From an uncultured Bdellovibrio sp. (GTDB lineage Bacteria > Bdellovibrionota > Bdellovibrionia > Bdellovibrionales > Bdellovibrionaceae), in assembly GCA_963932905.1 (NCBI GenBank), contig CAWVRN010000001.1, positions 480,001 through 544,000 on the forward strand: 64,000 nucleotides of DNA, in the 5' to 3' direction. The notes under the pieces were generated by a model, which was not told where the DNA came from, did not search any database, and worked only from the letters and a program-made list of their open reading frames with translations. The translations under genes and the position numbers were made by a program. How positions within the stretch are numbered: the first letter of the stretch is position 1; the number at the start of each line of letters is the position of its first letter. This document shows, one piece after another, positions 61,588-64,000 of this stretch.

Positions 61588-62975
61588 TCTTTTTCCCCCT
61601 GTAAAAGTTCACGTTTAAGTTCAATTCCATATTTTTTCATTTTTTCTCTGACAGTACTGCGACTGATATTCAGCAATCGTGAAGCTGCTGAAATCGATCC
61701 ACTTTCTTCGATAGCTTTTAAAACTATATTTTTCTCATCTGCCATCTGTGTGAATTTTAAGGTTTCCAAATCCACTTTTTTTCTTGAAACTAAATTTGGA
61801 TCTTTTCGATCTTTAAGTAATTCAATTTCAAGATGCGGCCCATTTGAAAGGTTTGTCAAAAATCGAATACCGTGTTCAAGTTCCCTAACATTGCCCGGCC
61901 AACTGAGTTTTTTAAGTTGATCAACAGATGATTCGAGCAGAATTAGTTCTCGGCCTTGTTCTAAGTTGGCTATTTTTAAAAAATGCTGCGCCAATATAGG
62001 AATATCTTCTGGGCGCTCGCGCAATGGTTTGATGTGAATTGGAAGCACGTTAAGCCTAAAGAACAAGTCTTCACGAAAAAGATTTCGCTCAATTAGATTT
62101 TCTAATGGTGCATTTGTCGCGGCAACAAGTCGAAAATCAACTTTTTTTGTTTCGTTAGAGCCTACAGGCATTATCGTTTTTTCTTGCAACACCCGAAGCA
62201 AACTTGCTTGCAAATGTTTTGGTAATTCACCGATCTCATCAAGAAATAGTGTCCCACCATTGGCGGCCTCAAAATATCCAGTTCGATCTTTCGCAGCACC
62301 AGTAAACGATCCTTTTTCATGGCCAAAGAGTTCACTCTCAAAGACACCGGCTGAAATGCTAGCAAGATTGACTGGGATGAATGGTTTATTTGCTCTTGAA
62401 GAGGCACTATGAATAGCTCTGGCAACTTTTTCTTTTCCGGTGCCCATTTCACCACGAATTAGAACTGTGTCATTAGATGGGCCAAATTTTAGAATAAGAC
62501 GTGCAACCTCAGCCATAGCCTCGGATACTCCAATCATGCCAATTGATTCAATCAGCTTTTGATTGTCACTGTGACTAGAAATTGAAACAGGTTTCGTGCG
62601 TTTTTCAACTTCACGGCAAGCTCTGTGCAAAATACTTAACAATTTCGCCTCGCCTATATCCTTTTCAATAAAAAATACGGCACCAGACTCTAACGAGTCA
62701 TTGTGCGCATCCACAGAGTCATCACCTGAGAGTCCAAGTACGGTAAGATTTGGATTATGTTCTTTTAATTTTTTAATTGTTTCTGGCCCTTTGACGTCGG
62801 GCATATGGTAGTCAATTAACGCAAGTGAAAATGGGATTAGTTTTTGCCTAACAATGGCAATGGCTTCATCGCCGCTTGAAACAGACTTCACGAAAAAGCC
62901 TTCGTCTTCAAGAAAAGAACCCATGGCTTTTCTAAAAACTGCATCGTCATCGACCAAAAGGATATTGTGCTTCAT
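61584..62975 (-). CDS. NtrC-family sigma54-dependent response regulator
   Basis: Receiver (LVDDD, IDYHMP), Walker A GEMGTGKE, ESELFGHEKGSFTGA, FLDEIG, WPGNVREL, Fis-type HTH. Confidence 0.95.
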   Translation of the reverse strand: MKHNILLVDDDAVFRKAMGSFLEDEGFFVKSVSSGDEAIAIVRQKLIPFSLALIDYHMPDVKGPETIKKLKEHNPNLTVLGLSGDDSVDAHNDSLESGAVFFIEKDIGEAKLLSILHRACREVEKRTKPVSISSHSDNQKLIESIGMIGVSEAMAEVARLILKFGPSNDTVLIRGEMGTGKEKVARAIHSASSRANKPFIPVNLASISAGVFESELFGHEKGSFTGAAKDRTGYFEAANGGTLFLDEIGELPKHLQASLLRVLQEKTIMPVGSNETKKVDFRLVAATNAPLENLIERNLFREDLFFRLNVLPIHIKPLRERPEDIPILAQHFLKIANLEQGRELILLESSVDQLKKLSWPGNVRELEHGIRFLTNLSNGPHLEIELLKDRKDPNLVSRKKVDLETLKFTQMADEKNIVLKAIEESGSISAASRLLNISRSTVREKMKKYGIELKRELLQGEKE

Positions 62976-63013
62976 TCCGGCGCCCCCTCCGTAAATTCAC
63001 ATAAAACTACTAT

Positions 63014-63029
63014 TACAAATACGGTGCCC
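63014..63029 (-). promoter_or_regulatory. Near-consensus sigma54 promoter
   Basis: GGGCAC-N5-TTGTA with correct spacing, but GT in place of the conserved -12 GC. Confidence 0.4.
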
Positions 63030-63171
63030 AAACATTTTACAGATAATTAAGCATTAGACTTAATGTGATTGATCTGAATTTACGGAAGGCCAAAAATTGG
63101 GTAAAAAAATTGAAGAAAGTTCATGGTCAATATGCACCTGGTGTTGTTGAAACAAATTTTCCAATTACAGT

Positions 63172-63464
63172 TTATCCTAACAATATCTCTAAATCATAAA
63201 CGGCGTAGTAGGTTGTACCGTTATCGAAAGAAACAATTCTTTCATTCTCTTCTTCAGTTGTAGCATGCTCAGACATCGCTATTTGCCAAGAAATAGGATT
63301 ATTTGTTTTAAGTAATTCAACCGTATCAAATTTGCACCAAGCAACTTTGGTAGTTTCGGAATAACATTCCCGAACCATATCGGAAAAAGATTCTTCTAAA
63401 TCGACGAATACTAATTCAGTTTCAAGAATATGTTTGATTATCCATTCTATTCAAAATTTTTCAT
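63172..63464 (-). pseudogene. Probably frameshifted hypothetical gene
   Basis: The 68-aa ORF frame stays open upstream to IEWIIKHILETEL; an ATG at 63464 (MKNFE*) joins it with a 1-nt shift. Confidence 0.35.
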
Positions 63465-63611
63465 TGCTGTGATTTTCAGAGACGTCTTTATTATTTTAAT
63501 ATGATGATGAGAATTATGTATTTGGTTCAGAAAATGAACCATTTTTCTAAATATTCAATTCATAAACTGATCTAACATTTTTCGATAGTGTTGATTTAAA
63601 GAGATTATCAA

Positions 63612-64000
63612 TCATAAACTTTCTTCGTCACTAACTTTTAGTTCTAGCCCCGAAATCAAAACATCAAATGTTGACTTAGTATCATCACCGTCGATACTCA
63701 GCCAGATTGCGATTGCTTCAATTGGTTTCTGAAATTGAAAATCATAGGCAAATGGACCCGAATGTTTTACTTCAGCAAAAAATTCTTCATGAAATAAGTC
63801 TGATGCGGGATGTGTTCTGATTTTACCGACCTGCTGAGTGTTCTGCGTGACATTAAAAAAGTGAACGGAGTCAATACCAATTCCATCTTCAACTTGTTCA
63901 TACAGATTCTTAACCCATTGAGCAGCAATCATTTTTTTGAAACCTGAAAGTTTCTTTTCGCCCGGAATTACAAACCCCAACCTTAAAGGATAATCGTCAA
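63612..64000 (-). CDS. 3' part of a hypothetical protein, weakly DUF3047-like (5' end off window)
   Basis: Frame open to the edge: DDYPLRLGFV...AIWLSIDGDDT. Confidence 0.55.
   Translation of the reverse strand, partial: DDYPLRLGFVIPGEKKLSGFKKMIAAQWVKNLYEQVEDGIGIDSVHFFNVTQNTQQVGKIRTHPASDLFHEEFFAEVKHSGPFAYDFQFQKPIEAIAIWLSIDGDDTKSTFDVLISGLELKVSDEESL

Larger units (their letters stand above)
43671..64000 (-). mobile_element. Integrative conjugative element inserted at the tRNA(CAT) 3' end; right boundary not seen
   Basis: Recombinase abutting tRNA, relaxase, coupling protein, VirB-like operon, all genes on minus strand; no second copy of the tRNA 3' end noticed in the window. Confidence 0.88.

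Noticed and set aside
63090..64000. Right attachment site of the ICE
   Set aside because: No copy of the tRNA 3' end seen; the boundary cannot be placed in this window

Overview
Window from a roughly 40% GC bacterium whose gene content and order point to Bdellovibrionota (inference). Bases 1-43692 are core chromosome: clpP-clpX, pepA, a heterodimeric ABC exporter, glpD, lysC, an orphan mreB with a degenerate ECF sigma/anti-sigma-like pair and a histidine kinase, a motA/motB-like/outer-membrane-protein trio, lpoB, cheX, a PhaR-like regulator, TPR plus LolB-like genes, prkA-yeaH-spoVR, tadA, rpsU-yqeY-dnaG-rpoD and a CAT-anticodon tRNA (probably Ile2). An integrative conjugative element (ICE) starts at the tRNA 3' end and its far end is not visible in the window. 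It carries a large serine recombinase whose reading frame ends inside the tRNA, a nested palindrome (oriT candidate), a MOB_C/Replic_Relax-type relaxase, VirD4 and a VirB2-B10-like operon with no recognisable VirB11 or VirB1. The best candidate for an undescribed system lies directly upstream of the transfer operon. It is a tightly coupled five-gene operon: sigma54-type response regulator, Sec-secreted small precursor, orphan peptide-binding protein, minimal YcaO-like enzyme and hybrid histidine kinase. It looks like a modified-peptide (RiPP-like) signalling circuit that may control conjugation. All family calls come from motif reading only; no searches were run.
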